Shown: positions 9,525 to 23,016 of the stretch, piece after piece
Layout of the letters: every line of letters begins with the position of its first letter
Numbering within the stretch: position 1 is the stretch's first letter
Made by a program: the position numbers and the translations under genes
Assembly (NCBI RefSeq): GCF_006345805.1
Contig: NC_043005.1
Location: forward strand, 6,696,001-6,760,000
DNA from: Octopus sinensis
Lineage: Eukaryota
Length of the DNA: 64,000 bases
Reading direction: 5' to 3'
The notes under the pieces: generated by a model
Database searches by the model: none
What the model was told of the DNA's origin: nothing
What the model saw: the letters and a program-made list of their open reading frames with translations, nothing else

Positions 9525-12230
9525 ATGTGTGTGTATGTGTGAGTGTGTGCGTGTGCGTGTGTGTATGTGTGTGAGGCGAGATAAAAAAACAAAAAATATA
9601 TGTATATGTTAGTGTGTGCGTCTGTGTGTAGGCGTGTGAGGTAGGGCGAACAGTAGTAGCAGCAGACAGTGGTCAGTAGTAAGAAAATGAAGGAAGGAGG
9701 AAGGAGGGAGGGGAAGGGGTGGTGGGTATGTAACGTGCCAGCGTGTGTGTGAGTAGTAGTGTGTGTGTGTCCAGTGTCGTAGTTGTATTAATGGCGAGTA
9801 GATTTGAAGTGTGTGTAAGAGTAATGTATATATTTAAGCAATGTGTGTGAGTGAATGGGTGTATGTATGTGTGCACGCGTGTGTAACAAAAAAGGGGGGG
9901 ATTATAAGGAAAAAGGAGTCCAGCTGAGGGGAAGATGGAAGAGTGGTCCCGCGGAGACGGGCGTGGGAGAACCCAATGACAGGCGACGGCCCCAGAAACG
10001 AGCGGAAGGTCTCGTCGGGTCCAAGAGCGAGGTGCATGCATGCGCGTATGCGTGCGCGAACCGGCGCAAGCGCGTGTGTGCGCGCGCCTGCGAGTGTGTG
10101 TGTAAGTATGTATGTGTGTGGATGTGTGAGTGTGTTTGTGTATATGTCTGGGTGTCAGTGTGTCCGATGAATGTATGTAAGTATGTGTGTATATATGTGC
10201 GTGCATAGATGTATGTCCGTGTGTGTGTGTGTGTGTGTATGCGTATGAGTGTGTGTGTATGTACGTGTGGGTGTGTGGAAGTGTGTGTATGTGCATGTGT
10301 GTGCGCGTACATACAGGTGTGTGAGTGAGTGTGTGTGTGTATGTATGTGTGTGTAGGATGCATGTATGTGTATGGGTGTATGTATGTGTGTGTGTATGTA
10401 TGTATGTGTACGTGCGTGTGTGTGTGTATGCATGTATGCATGTATGCGTGTAGGTGTGCGCGTGTGCATGCATGCATGTGCGTATGTGTGTGTGTGTGCA
10501 TGTGTGTGGGTATATATGTATGTGCGTATATGTGTGTGTATGTGCGTACATGTGTGTGTGTGTATGCATGTGTTTGTATGTAGGTGTGTAGGCGTGTGTG
10601 TATAGGTGTATGTATGTAAGTATGTATGGGTGTGTCCGTGTATGTGTGTGTATGTATGTGTGTGTATGTAGGTGTGTGGGCGTGTGTGTATAGGTGTATG
10701 TATGTAAGTATGTATGGGTGTGTCCGTGTATGTGTGTGTATGTATGTGTGTGTATGTAGGTGTGTGGGCGTGTGTGTATAGGTGTATGTATGTATGTCTG
10801 GGTGTTGTCGTGCATGTTGTGTGTGTGTGTATGCATGTGTATGTAGGTGTGTGTACGTGTGTAATGTATGTGTGTATGCGTGTGTGTGCGTGTGTATGCG
10901 TGCGTGTGTGTATGTAGGTGCGTATGTATGTGTGTGGGAGTGTAGGTGTGTGTGCGTGTGCGTGTTTATGTTGGTGTGTGCGTATGTGAGTGTGAGTGTA
11001 TGGGTGTTTGTCATGCATGGTGTGCGCGTGCAGGCGAGTGTGTGTGTAAGTATGTGTGTGTGTATGTTTGTTTGAGTGTGTATGTGTGTATGTCTGTGTG
11101 TATGTATGTGCGTATAGGAGTATGTAGGTATGTGTGTGTGTATGTGTATGGGTGTATGTATGTATGTATGTGTGTGTGTGTGCATGTGTATAAGTATATG
11201 TGTGTGTGCGTATGTGTGTGTATGTGTATGTGTGTGTGTTATGTATGTGTGTATGTATGTGTGTAGGCGTGTGTGTGTAGATGTATGTATGTATGGGTGT
11301 GTGTGTGTGTGTTTGTGTGTGTGTGTAGGTAGGTGTGTGTGTCTGAGTGAGGGTATGGCTGTGTAGGTGTGTGTGTGTATGAATGCAAGTGTGTGTGTGT
11401 ACAAGTGTAATGTATGTATGTAGGTGTGTGTGTGTGTGTATGTGTACGTGTGCGTGTGTATGTGTGTGTGTGTATGCGTGTGAGTGTGAGTGTATGGGTG
11501 TATGTCTGTGTGTGTGTATGTCTGAAGTAGGTATGTGTGTGTATGTATGTATGTGTGTGTGTGTGCGGGTATGTGTGTGTGTATGTGTGTGTGTGAGTAG
11601 GTGTGCGTGTATGTATGTGGGTAGGGATGCATGCGAGTGTGTGGGTATGTATGTATACATACGCACGCACACACCCGAAGCAAGCCCACACACACGAAGC
11701 GCGCTCACGCACACAACACACAAGCAATACAACGCAAGCCCTTGGGGCCGACCAAGCCCCCAGCGCGCGCCAAGGCGCGCGAGCGACCCGCTACGCGGGA
11801 ACCGAGGATCCATCAGCCAAAACCGGAAAGCAGAAAAGAGGGGGGGCTGCCTGGATGCAAAAAGGTGTATGTGTGTGTGCATTCAGTGTAAGGGTGTGCA
11901 TGTGTGGGTATGTATGTATGTGTGCATGTGTGAGTGTGTGAAGTATGTACGTGCGGTGTGTGTGTGTGAGTGTGTGTGTATGTATGTGCGTATGTATGTG
12001 TGTATGTATGTGTGTATGTATGTCTGTGTGTGTGTGTGTGTGTAAGTATGTATGTGTGTGTGTATGTATGTATGTGTGTGTGTATGTGCATGTTGGTTTG
12101 TATGTTAGTGTGTGCATGTATGTCTATAAGTGTGTGATTAAATGTGTGAATGTATGTACGTAGATGTGTCTACGTATGTGTGTGTGAACAGGCGTGTGGG
12201 AGGTAGGTAGGTGTGTGTGTGTGGGTGGTG
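9525..12230. repeat. Compound (GT)n/(GTAT)n microsatellite array with two GC-rich interruptions
   Basis: Direct reading; interruptions at ~9890-10090 and ~11655-11870. Confidence 0.9.
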
Positions 12231-12263
12231 TATCCGGGAAACAAAAAAAAAAGGAAGAGGACC

Positions 12264-13415
12264 TCAAGAGGAGGGGGCTGTATTAAGTCCGTGTGGGGTA
12301 GTAGTTTGTAGGGTGAAGATGTAGCGTTGCTCCAAGTGGAGCCTGGAAAGTGGGCGACCATTGTGGGGGGCGAGACCAAACACTGAGATGTCATCTAGGG
12401 AATGGCCGGCCGAGCGGAAGTGGCGTGCGACGGAAAAAAAAGAGTGTAGGCGAACGTCCCTCAAATGTTCTGTGAATCGGTCGGACAACCGGCGTCCCGT
12501 CTGTCCTACATACAGCATCCCACATAGGTTGCATTTAATGCAGTAAATAAGGCCAGACGAGGTGCACGTAAAAGAGTGCCTAATGCGTACAGTATGCCGG
12601 TTGGAGCCGGTGACAGCGGTGGTGTTGGTGATGAAGGGGCAAGTGTTGCAGCGGGATCTAGAGCAAGGGAATGATCCGTGTGGGGCTGAGGGGGAAGGAG
12701 AGAGGGTGCTGTGGACCAGGAGGTCACGCAGATTGCGGGCTCGTTTGAAGGAGGACAGGGGTGGGTTGGGAAAAAGGGGGGGGGTGGTGGGATCAAGCTG
12801 GAGGCGACGGAAGGCACGTAGTATCTTGCGACGAAGGGGTAGGGTAGGGGTGGAAAAGGAGGGGGAAGGGGTGCGGTCGATGCGACGGGCGCGGGTGAGG
12901 GCATCAGAGAGGAGTATGGGTGGGTAACCTCGGAGTCTGAACATGCGGGCCAGGTATTGAGATTGGGTCTCGAAATCCTGGTCGCGGCTGCACAAACGTC
13001 GGAGGCGGAGGAACTGGGAGTAGGGGATGGCTCGTTTGGTGTGGAAGGGTGGGGGAGAAGAGAAGTTGAGATAGAGGTGGGAATCCGTAGGTTTAAAGAA
13101 GGCGGTGGTGGTGAGAGAGTTGGAGGGGTGATCGATGCGGAGAGAGATGTCAAGGAAGTTGACAGAGGTGTTGGAGATGGTGGAGGTGAATTGAAGAGAG
13201 GATGAAAGTTGGAAAGGAAAGAGATGAATTGGCAGAGAAGTTCACGGGAAAGGGAGGTGGCACCTATGCAGTCGTCGATATAGCGACCGTATAGTTCGGG
13301 GGTCGGCCCAGAGAACTGGGAGAACACTTGGGCCTCAATGTAGCCAAGAAAGAGATTGGCGAAATTGGGGCCCATCCTAGTTCCCATCGCGACCCCGGAC
13401 ATCTGTTGGTACGTT
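12264..13415 (-). mobile_element. Penelope-like element (Neptune-like), RT C-terminal half plus GIY-YIG, 5'-truncated and frameshifted
   Basis: GVAMGTRMGPNFANLFLG and RYIDD (PLE RT); KRARNLRDLLVHS; Cys-rich linker CSRSRCNTC; LIYCIKCNLCGMLYVGQTGRRLSDRFTEH...EQRYIFTLQTTTPHGLN (GIY-YIG). Confidence 0.88.
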
Positions 13416-13418
13416 TCA

Positions 13419-13456
<38 letters not shown>

Positions 13457-13672
13457 AATTATTAAATTATTGATTCAAAACTTTTAAAATATCATATATA
13501 TTTATACATTATATTTATACCTACACATATTTACATATATTTTTATATATATTTATATTTATATATTTATATATTTTTAATATAACAAGTATTTCCACAC
13601 GGGTATATCATTCTGAGGAGTTTTGATATTAATTCCCTTATATTAATGATAATAATATATTATTAAAAACTA

Positions 13673-13750
<78 letters not shown>

Positions 13751-14269
13751 CACACATACATTCATGTAAAGAGAGAGGTGTATACACATATGCGTAGCTT
13801 TTAGATACACATATACATACAAACATAACCCCACATATATACGCATATACATATGTGTGCGTACGTGTGTGTGTGTGAAGTAGAGGTTTGTTGGGTGTAA
13901 CCAAGCTGTAACGAAAGAGGTAAACAGATTTAGCTATTTCATTTCCCCTCAAAGTTTAGATGCGTATATTTTATGCACACAGAAACTTACGCATGTACAG
14001 GCAAACACACACATACATACATACGTACGTACATACAGACATACATAAATTCATACATAGGCATGTATGTGTACGTGGGTTGGTCGATGTATTGCATATA
14101 ATACAAAAGACAGTCACAATTGCAGAAAAATTACGTCTCAAAAATATCAAAATTAGAATGTAAATTTTTTTTTTATTGAGCAAGAAGAGTTGTGGTGGGA
14201 GTTAAGGCGTGAATCTAAACGGAAGAATAAAATGAATAAATAACAAAAAATCCCACTCATAGCATTACA

Positions 14270-15920
14270 ATTTTGGATTGATAGATTGGGGTAGCTTATT
14301 TACGTAGTTGTTACGAGGGATAAAACTGAACTTCGACAGCACTTCTTCAGAAAATGCATGTATATGCATATATATGTATGTATGTATGCATGTATGTATG
14401 TATGCATGTATGTATGTATGTAGTTATGTAAGTATATATATATAGTGAAAGAGAGAGTGACAGAGGGAGAGAGAATATGGGGTTTCGTTCATTGATGATC
14501 TAAAGGAATAGATACACTCGTGTAAGTTCTAGCTTCATAGGTGAACCTGGAGCTAGGGATCCGTAGTAGAGATCCGCGTTAGCTGGTATATATTCTTTTC
14601 TATTCTTTTTAAGTCTCGTACAAATTGTCTCTCTCAATCTGACTAATCTGCTAAGTTATGGGAACACAAAGAGAACAACACCGGTTGTCAAGCAGAGAGA
14701 GGCAAGAAGTACAGTTTCAACGACCCCCCCCCCCCAATAAAAAACACCATGCATGACCGAGACTATCATCTACGAAGTTACCGTGTACTCTATACCCACT
14801 AAAGACACGGTTTCGACGAAGAAATACGTGGGCCTTACAGAGGGTAATTTCAAGGCCAGGTTCAATAATCACACCTTGAGCTTTAGGCACTGGGACAAAA
14901 AGAAAACGACAAAATTCTCCTGTCATATATGGTCAATTAAATATAAAGTTGTCAGTTACAACATCCGTTGGAAGATTTTAGCCGAATGTAAGCCCTACAC
15001 CAACGGCAGTGAAAAGTGCGGTCTATGTGATATGGAAAGATGGCGCATCTGGAAAAGCAGCTTAGACCCCGCTACATGTCTAAACTGAAGGACAAAACTT
15101 TTCGGGTCATGTCCACATTTCACCAAACTTTTGTTATGTTTTTGGTCCCCCTAAGACTACAGATAGAACTTGCTTTCTATATTATGTCCACGCACAAGTT
15201 TTTTTTATCTCATTATACCTTTTACTTTTATTTTATTTATATATTTTTTATACATATATTATTGAGAATTTGGTTTATAGTTATATCTTTACGCATAATT
15301 TTTTCTGTACTCTAGCTTCCACCCTGCATTTTCCCCTGTGCCTATATAGACGTGTATATGGAAACCTTTGTATGCGCATGTGAATGTGTACGTGTGTGCG
15401 GGCATTTATGTATATAGATGTGTGCGTGTGTGCGGGCTTACGAGTACACATATATATATAGACGTGTTTTACTCAGTGTTTTTACATTTTTTCCTGTTTG
15501 TTTTAGACGTATGTATAATCCTTTTTGTGCGTGTATGTATGTGTACATAGACGTGTGCGGGTATGTGCATATGTGGGCATATGCATGTGTGTGTGCGTGC
15601 ATAAATGTATGTCCGTATATGAACGTGGTTTACTCTTTGTATACTTCCTTAGGGCGCACATGTATACGTGTGAACAGGTGCGCTTACGCGTATACTATGA
15701 ACTTTTTACCCCCTTACCTTACTTAGGGGTCATTCGAATAGCGCTCTTGTCTAAATAGCGATCAAGAACACAGTCATTTCCCTTTGTATAACGGTCTTTT
15801 TTCATAGCGTTTTTCCGATGGCCGGATAACTGAAGAGATGGAAGTGTGGAATTCCACCTCGGCATCCGAAACTCAGAGTTTTATCTTGACTACCGAATAC
15901 TTGTCACATATTACATTTAC
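14270..15920 (+). mobile_element. Penelope-like element remnant: GIY-YIG domain plus 3' pseudo-LTR
   Basis: ORF 14753-15088 reads IIYEVTV...KKYVGLTEGNFKARFNNH..SF...HIWSIK...IRWKIL...CGLCDME...LN; the frame continues past TGA to CPH (15110-15118). Hammerhead fold at 15825-15885. Confidence 0.8.
15825..15885 (+). ncRNA. Type-I hammerhead ribozyme
   Basis: GATAA (15825-15829) pairs with TTATC (15881-15885). Core CTGAAGA at 15830-15836; stem II GATG/CATC with an inner GTGGAATTCCAC palindrome; GAAA at 15868-15871; stem III ACTC-A-GAGT; GUU triplet. Confidence 0.7.
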
Positions 15921-15989
<69 letters not shown>

Positions 15990-16390
15990 ATGCAAGCGTG
16001 CGCACATTCCGAAAGTTGGACATTTACTTTGACCACCGAACATTTGTTACTGTACATTGCAGCGATCTAGAATTATCGAACCACCTCCCCTGCCATGTTC
16101 CTTACCTACTCTTTTTATGATGTAGCTCATGAGGTGGAGGCTGTCGTGGATAGAACTGTTTGGGATACCGCTTTTCCGCTCGTCGCGAAACAACCTGTCG
16201 GCGACAATCACTAACCCTAGGCCGAAATCCTATAATCTGCATTCAGCAGAGTTATAGTCTTAACATTATCAATTTTGTCCGATTTGTTCAGGTCCTTCCT
16301 CGACAGCACCACCGCTCGACGGGATACACCACTGGATATTCTCCTGTTCTGCTGCCAGTTGTTGTAGACTTCCGTCAAGTTATCACAGAA

Positions 16391-16778
16391 CTAGCAGGAT
16401 CGCCCGGCGTTGCTTGGCTTTCTTTCGACACTTTAGAATTGGAATTTTTGAGAAGTAAAAATTTTGCATTATGTATCTTGTTATTCTCTTTAAGTGAACA
16501 TTTTTATGGCTGAAATACACCGACAAATGGCGACACAGCAGTCAAAAAATCATAAAAATTAGGGATTTTCATAGAAAAAAGCACCTTTTTGATGTAAATA
16601 TTTTTGTTGTTAACACGGTCCGATTTTAATTTTTTCCTTCTACGGAAGGAAGAGCAAGCTTTCTATCATACTCTCAATTGTAGTCAACTTGCGCTGCAGA
16701 GTCTCGGAGGAGACAGTGTTAGTTGATGGCTACCAAACCTGCCATAAACAGACAACTTCAGCTTTATATAGAGAGAGA
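16391..16778 (-). mobile_element. Non-autonomous Helitron-like element
   Basis: Reverse complement starts A|TC and ends GCAACGCCGGGCGATCCTGCTAG|T; homologous to 31885-32300. Confidence 0.75.
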
Positions 16779-18512
16779 TAAGTATGGCGTATGAAAATAA
16801 TCTGGAACTCTAAGGGTGCTGCTGTTATAAACCGCTTCCCATCTCTCAATTAGTTTGTTTCTGGCTATAAGAGCTAACAAATTTTTGTTGGTTCTCCTGA
16901 TCGCAAAATCCGGTGATTTCTGATTGGTGACTCTGAGCTTGAATTTGGGGGCTACATGTGGTGTTGAGAGTATTGGCGGATTTGACTGGAGTAGTGGTGG
17001 TTGTGGAGACGGTAGAGTTGGCGATGTTTTTACTGTGTCTATGTTCGATATTTTGGCTTTCTAAGATTTCTGCTTGGAAAACACTTTCGATGTGTTCCGC
17101 AGTAAATATAATAATAATGATGAAGAATCGCGCTCATGTGGTTATTATGCCTGTATCTGGTGCACCGTTATCGGGCGGGGAGTCATGATAGATATGTTAG
17201 GCTTCGTATCTTTGTATCCCATTGTCCGGATGTTTGTGATCTTCACCCATTTTGTAGATATATCGATAGTCATATCAATATCCACTGTTACTTCGAAGGT
17301 ATATCAGTTATTGAATATATTTGATACAAAATGTTAAAATGCTTCGGGGATGCCTTCACGTGCACGTCTTTGTGTTAATGCTTATGGAGGTTATAATTTA
17401 AGAGGCAGAATACTTAGACTTCTCTGATTCTAATGCCTCTGTTTGTGAACTATGCACTATCAGATTCAGTACGATAATGAGAAATGAAATACCTAATAAT
17501 AGTAATTAGATAAATGATTGTAAATCTAATCATCAAATCCTTATGTAAAATTGCACATTTCTAGTGCAGTAATTAGAAACTGACGAAATCCCTCTCTCCT
17601 TCCCCCCCTCTCTCTAGGCATTATTTGAACCTCGAGTAGAATATAACAATGTTTCATCTAAAGATTGAAAATGAAAGCACATTTATTCTTTCATTAAGAG
17701 AAGTAAAATATTATATTAATAATTAAAAGTGAAATTGACAGCTAGAAAATATCTATCACAAAAAATATGATGTTAGATTTTGTTTGTTAGAGAAAAACGA
17801 TAAGGTACTAAACCCTGTTTAGATTACATTATGTTTTATACAGTCTCTCAGTTTCGTAGTGTTGTATTGATATAAAGACAAAGTTCTCTTTTATACAAAT
17901 ATGTTTAATGTATTATAAGAAGGAAGGAAGATTCTCAAAGACATTCGTTTTTCATATTTTTAATTGTGTTCGTCTCTGCTGTTCCGACATTTGTTTCAAT
18001 ACCAGAAATTCAACCTGGAAACACAATGAGAAAACTTCTATAAAATAAAGTAAAATAACCCTAACACTTATATTCTACAAACAATCCCAATTGTCATCTA
18101 CTGTTTTCCCATACATTAAAAATTTGAATTACCGAACACTCAAAGATGACCAACGCAATTTATATTGAAAACATTAATTACAGAAACAAGTGGCGAGAAT
18201 TTAATTATCAGGAATATGTTGTAAAATATTGGCAATATTGTTTCATAAATATCTTCCAGAACAACTGGAAAGGGCAAATATGACATACTTCTTAGTTCTA
18301 TTCTGTGGATGTATGTTTTTCATAGATCTATCTACGGCATTGTGTTGTATGGTTCTATTTATGACTGTGTTTAGATTTCATGTAGATATCTATTTAGTAA
18401 TATGTATATTTTACGAAGCTCTATCTTTGCCAATGTTTATATTTTACATGGATCTGTCCATGGCAGATTGTATATTTCACGAGATCTATCGATCCATCTA
18501 ACTCGCTTCACT

Positions 18513-18559
<47 letters not shown>

Positions 18560-18574
18560 GTCTTTGTGTTTGTT

Positions 18575-18895
18575 TCTCTATATGGCACTCCATGGGTAAC
18601 GACGAGGAGGGTTCGAGGGTTCTATTTCATTCGATCAACGGAACAGACTGATCATGAAATTGGCACACGCTTGCTGAAGCACTCCAGAGACAATAAACAT
18701 AGTTCTCTGGGACATTCAGAATGATACAGAATGTGGCATGTCCAGCCCCTTTGAAATACAGGTGTAACACACTTTTGTCAGCTAATTGGACTGGTGCAGT
18801 ATGAAATAAAGTGTCTTGCTCAAGGCCACAGCTCGTCATCAAGAATCGAACTCACGACCCTATGATCGTCAGCCAAATACCATAACTACTAAGCA
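18575..18895 (-). mobile_element. tRNA-derived SINE (family D-related)
   Basis: Reverse complement has GCTTAGTAGTTA...GAGTTCGATTC (A/B boxes) followed by CCTTGAGCAAGACACTTTATTTCA. Confidence 0.7.
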
Positions 18896-19317
18896 TTATA
18901 GATTAGTAAGTGCCAAATAAAACAAAAATAAATAATTAAAAAAATAAATATGAATATATATATACATACACACATATATATGTAAATATTATGAATGATA
19001 ACAATGATAACATTAATAGTATTGACAACGATAATGATACTAACTTTAATGACATTTTGGAGACTATTATGAAGTAATAGAATGTACTATTGACTATGTA
19101 TATTTACATCTAGGTATTAATTTGTGTATGTTTTTTATCACAATATTATTATTATTATTATTACTATTACTACTACTACTACTACTACTATTACATCATC
19201 TACTACTACAACTACTGCTACGACTATTATTATTGTTATTAGTATTATCATTATTATTATTACTATTAACATTATTTGTATTATTATTATTACTATTACT
19301 ATTAAAATTACGATTTA

Positions 19318-19349
<32 letters not shown>

Positions 19350-20149
19350 GTACTACTGCTTTTATTATTATTAATATTACTAATATTATTATCATTATTA
19401 TTATTATTTTTATTATTATTATTAATATTATTATTATCATTATTATTATTATTATCATCATTATCATTCGCAATATCATTATTATTATTAATCTTACTAT
19501 TACTATTACTATTACAACTACTACTATTACTACTATTACTACTAATACTATTGCTGCTACTTCTACTACAAATGCTACTACTTCTACTACTACTACTATA
19601 CTACTACTACTACTACAACTATCATTATTATTATTATTATTATTATCATTATTATTTTTATTATTTTTATTACTATTACTATTACTATTACAATTACTAT
19701 TACTATGAATATTACTACTGCTACTACAACTATGAATATTACTACTGCTACTAATACTATGAATATTACTACTGCAACTACAACTAGTATTTTCATTGTT
19801 ATTATTATTATTATTAATGTTATTATTATAATAATCATTAAAATTATTATTATAATTATGACTATTACTATTACTTCTACTACTACTACTACTACTAATA
19901 CTAGTACTACAATTATTACTACTACAACTACAACTACTACTAGTATTACTACTACTAGCAGTATTACTACTACTACTACTACTACTACTACTAGTATTAC
20001 TACTACTACTACTACTATTATTATTATCATTATTATTAATATAATTATTATTATTAATATCATTATTATTGTTACTATTACTCTTAATATTATTACGACT
20101 ACTACTACTACTACTACTAGTAGTAGTAGTATTATTACTACTATTATTA

Positions 20150-20180
<31 letters not shown>

Positions 20181-20457
20181 CATTATCAATAATATACTAT
20201 CACTATTAATACTACTACTACTACTGCCACTACAACTATTATTATTATTATTATTATTATTATTACAATTACTATAACTATTCCTATTACTATTACTTGT
20301 ACTACTAATAACACTACTACTACTACAACTACTACTACTACTACTACTATTATTATTATTAATATTATTATTATTATTAATATTATTATTATTAATATTA
20401 TTATAACTGCTACTACTACTACTGTACTACTAGTACTACTTCTACTATTATGATTAA

Positions 20458-20508
<51 letters not shown>

Positions 20509-20776
20509 TACAAATATTATTATTATTAATATGATTTTTATTATTACTATTACTAATTCTACTCTTAATATTACTACTACTACTATTATTATTATTATTA
20601 TTAAAATTACTATTACAACTTCTACTACTACTATTATTTTTATTATTAATATTATTATTATTATAATTATGATTATTATAATTATTGTTATTATTAATAT
20701 TGTTATCTTTATTATTATTACTAATATTATTACTATTATTATTACTATTATTATTACTACTACTACTACGACTAAA

Positions 20777-20811
<35 letters not shown>

Positions 20812-21519
20812 GACTAAAACTACTACTACTACTACCACTATTATCATTATTATTATTATTATTATAATTATTATTATTATTATTATCATTATTAACATTA
20901 TTACTACTACTACTACTACTATTATTGTTGTTATTACTACTACTACTATTTTTACTACTACTACTACTATTGCTAATAGTACTACTACTACTATCATTAT
21001 TATTAATATTATCATCATTATTAATATTATTATTAATATTATTACTATTATTATTACTATTACAATTACTACCATTACTCCTAATACTACTACTACAACT
21101 ACTAATATTACTACTACTACAACTACTACTACTCCTACTACTATCATTATTATCATTATTATTATTTTTTATATATATATTATTACTATAACTACAACTA
21201 GTACTCCTACTAGTATTACTTCTATTACTACTTTTACTATTGCTACTAATACTACTACTACTATTTTAATTATTATTATTATTACCATTACTACTACTCC
21301 AACAACTACTACTACTAATACTACTACTAGTAATTGATTATTTTTAATAGTTATCTTTATTGTTACTATTATTACTAATATTATTACTGTTATTATTCCT
21401 ATTATTATTACTACTACGACTACTACTACGACAAATACTACAACTACTACTACTCCTACTACTACTGCTACTACTCCTACTTCTACTACTACTACTGTAT
21501 CATGATTATTATTACTATC

Positions 21520-21554
<35 letters not shown>

Positions 21555-22156
21555 AATTACCATCATCCTTATTATTATTATTATTATAATTATTATTATT
21601 ATTATTGTTATTATTATCATCATAACTATTTTCTATTTGTATTACTATTATTACTACTATTACTACAATTACTACTGCTATTACTAATACTAGTACTACT
21701 GTTACAACTATAACTACTATAACTACTACTACAACTACTACTACTACTACTACCACAAACACTACTATTACTATTATTATCATTAATATTATTATAACTA
21801 TTACTATTACTACTACTACTACAACTACTTCAACTACAACCACTACTAATACTATTATTATTATATAATATTATAATCATTATCAATATCCTTATCATTA
21901 TTATTATTGCTATTACTACTACTACTACTACTACTACTATTAATACTACTTCTAATACTACTACTAACATTATTATTATTGATATTATAATTAATAATAT
22001 TAATATTATTATTATTATTATTACTATTTTCACTATTACTACTACTACTATTACTACTACTACTTCTGCTACTACCGCTACTTTTACTACTACTACTACT
22101 GCTACTACTATTATTATTACTACTTCTACTACTACTACGACTTCTATTTCTAATAC

Positions 22157-22210
<54 letters not shown>

Positions 22211-22339
22211 CATTATTATTATCATTATTATTATTATTGTTATTATTATTAATATTACTATTACAATTACTACTACTACTACGACTACGACTAATACAAT
22301 TACTAATACTACTACTACTATTATTGTTACTATTATTAC

Positions 22340-22375
<36 letters not shown>

Positions 22376-22662
22376 AATTACTACTACTACAACTGTATTA
22401 TTATTATTATTATTATTATTAATATTATTAATATTACTATTACTACTACTAGTACTCCTACTAGTACTACTACTACTACTACTACTATTACAACTAATAC
22501 AAATACTACTACTAATATTTTTATTATTATTAATACCATTACTACAAATACTACTACTACTACTACTACTTCTATGAATAATATTAATATTGTTATCTTT
22601 ATTATTATTATCATTAATATTACTATTACTATTACTACTACTACTACTACTTCTACTACAAT

Positions 22663-22708
<46 letters not shown>

Positions 22709-22977
22709 GTTATCATGATTATTATTGCTATAATTACTATTATCATTATCATTGTCATTGTCTTCCTTATTCTTCTTCTTATTATTATTATTATTGTTAT
22801 TGTTATTATTATCACTATTACTGTTTCTATTACTATTACTATTACAACAACTATAACTAATACTACTACTACTACTACTACTATTATTATTATTATCATT
22901 ATTATCATTATTACTATTACTATTACAATGAGTATTACTATTACTACTACTATTACTACTAATACGACTAATACTAC

Positions 22978-23016
<39 letters not shown>

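Noticed and set aside
9673-12163. Long His/Thr-rich and Cys/Val-rich ORFs (up to 597 aa)
   Set aside because: These are translations of (CA)n/(TACA)n repeats, which lack stop codons by composition.
13605-13640. CTGAGGAG as another hammerhead core
   Set aside because: No downstream GAAA and no stem I or III pairing.
15086-15088. In-frame TGA in the PLE GIY-YIG frame as selenocysteine
   Set aside because: It follows LN at a position I would not expect to be Cys, no SECIS was recognised, and the copy is otherwise decayed. A nonsense mutation is simpler.
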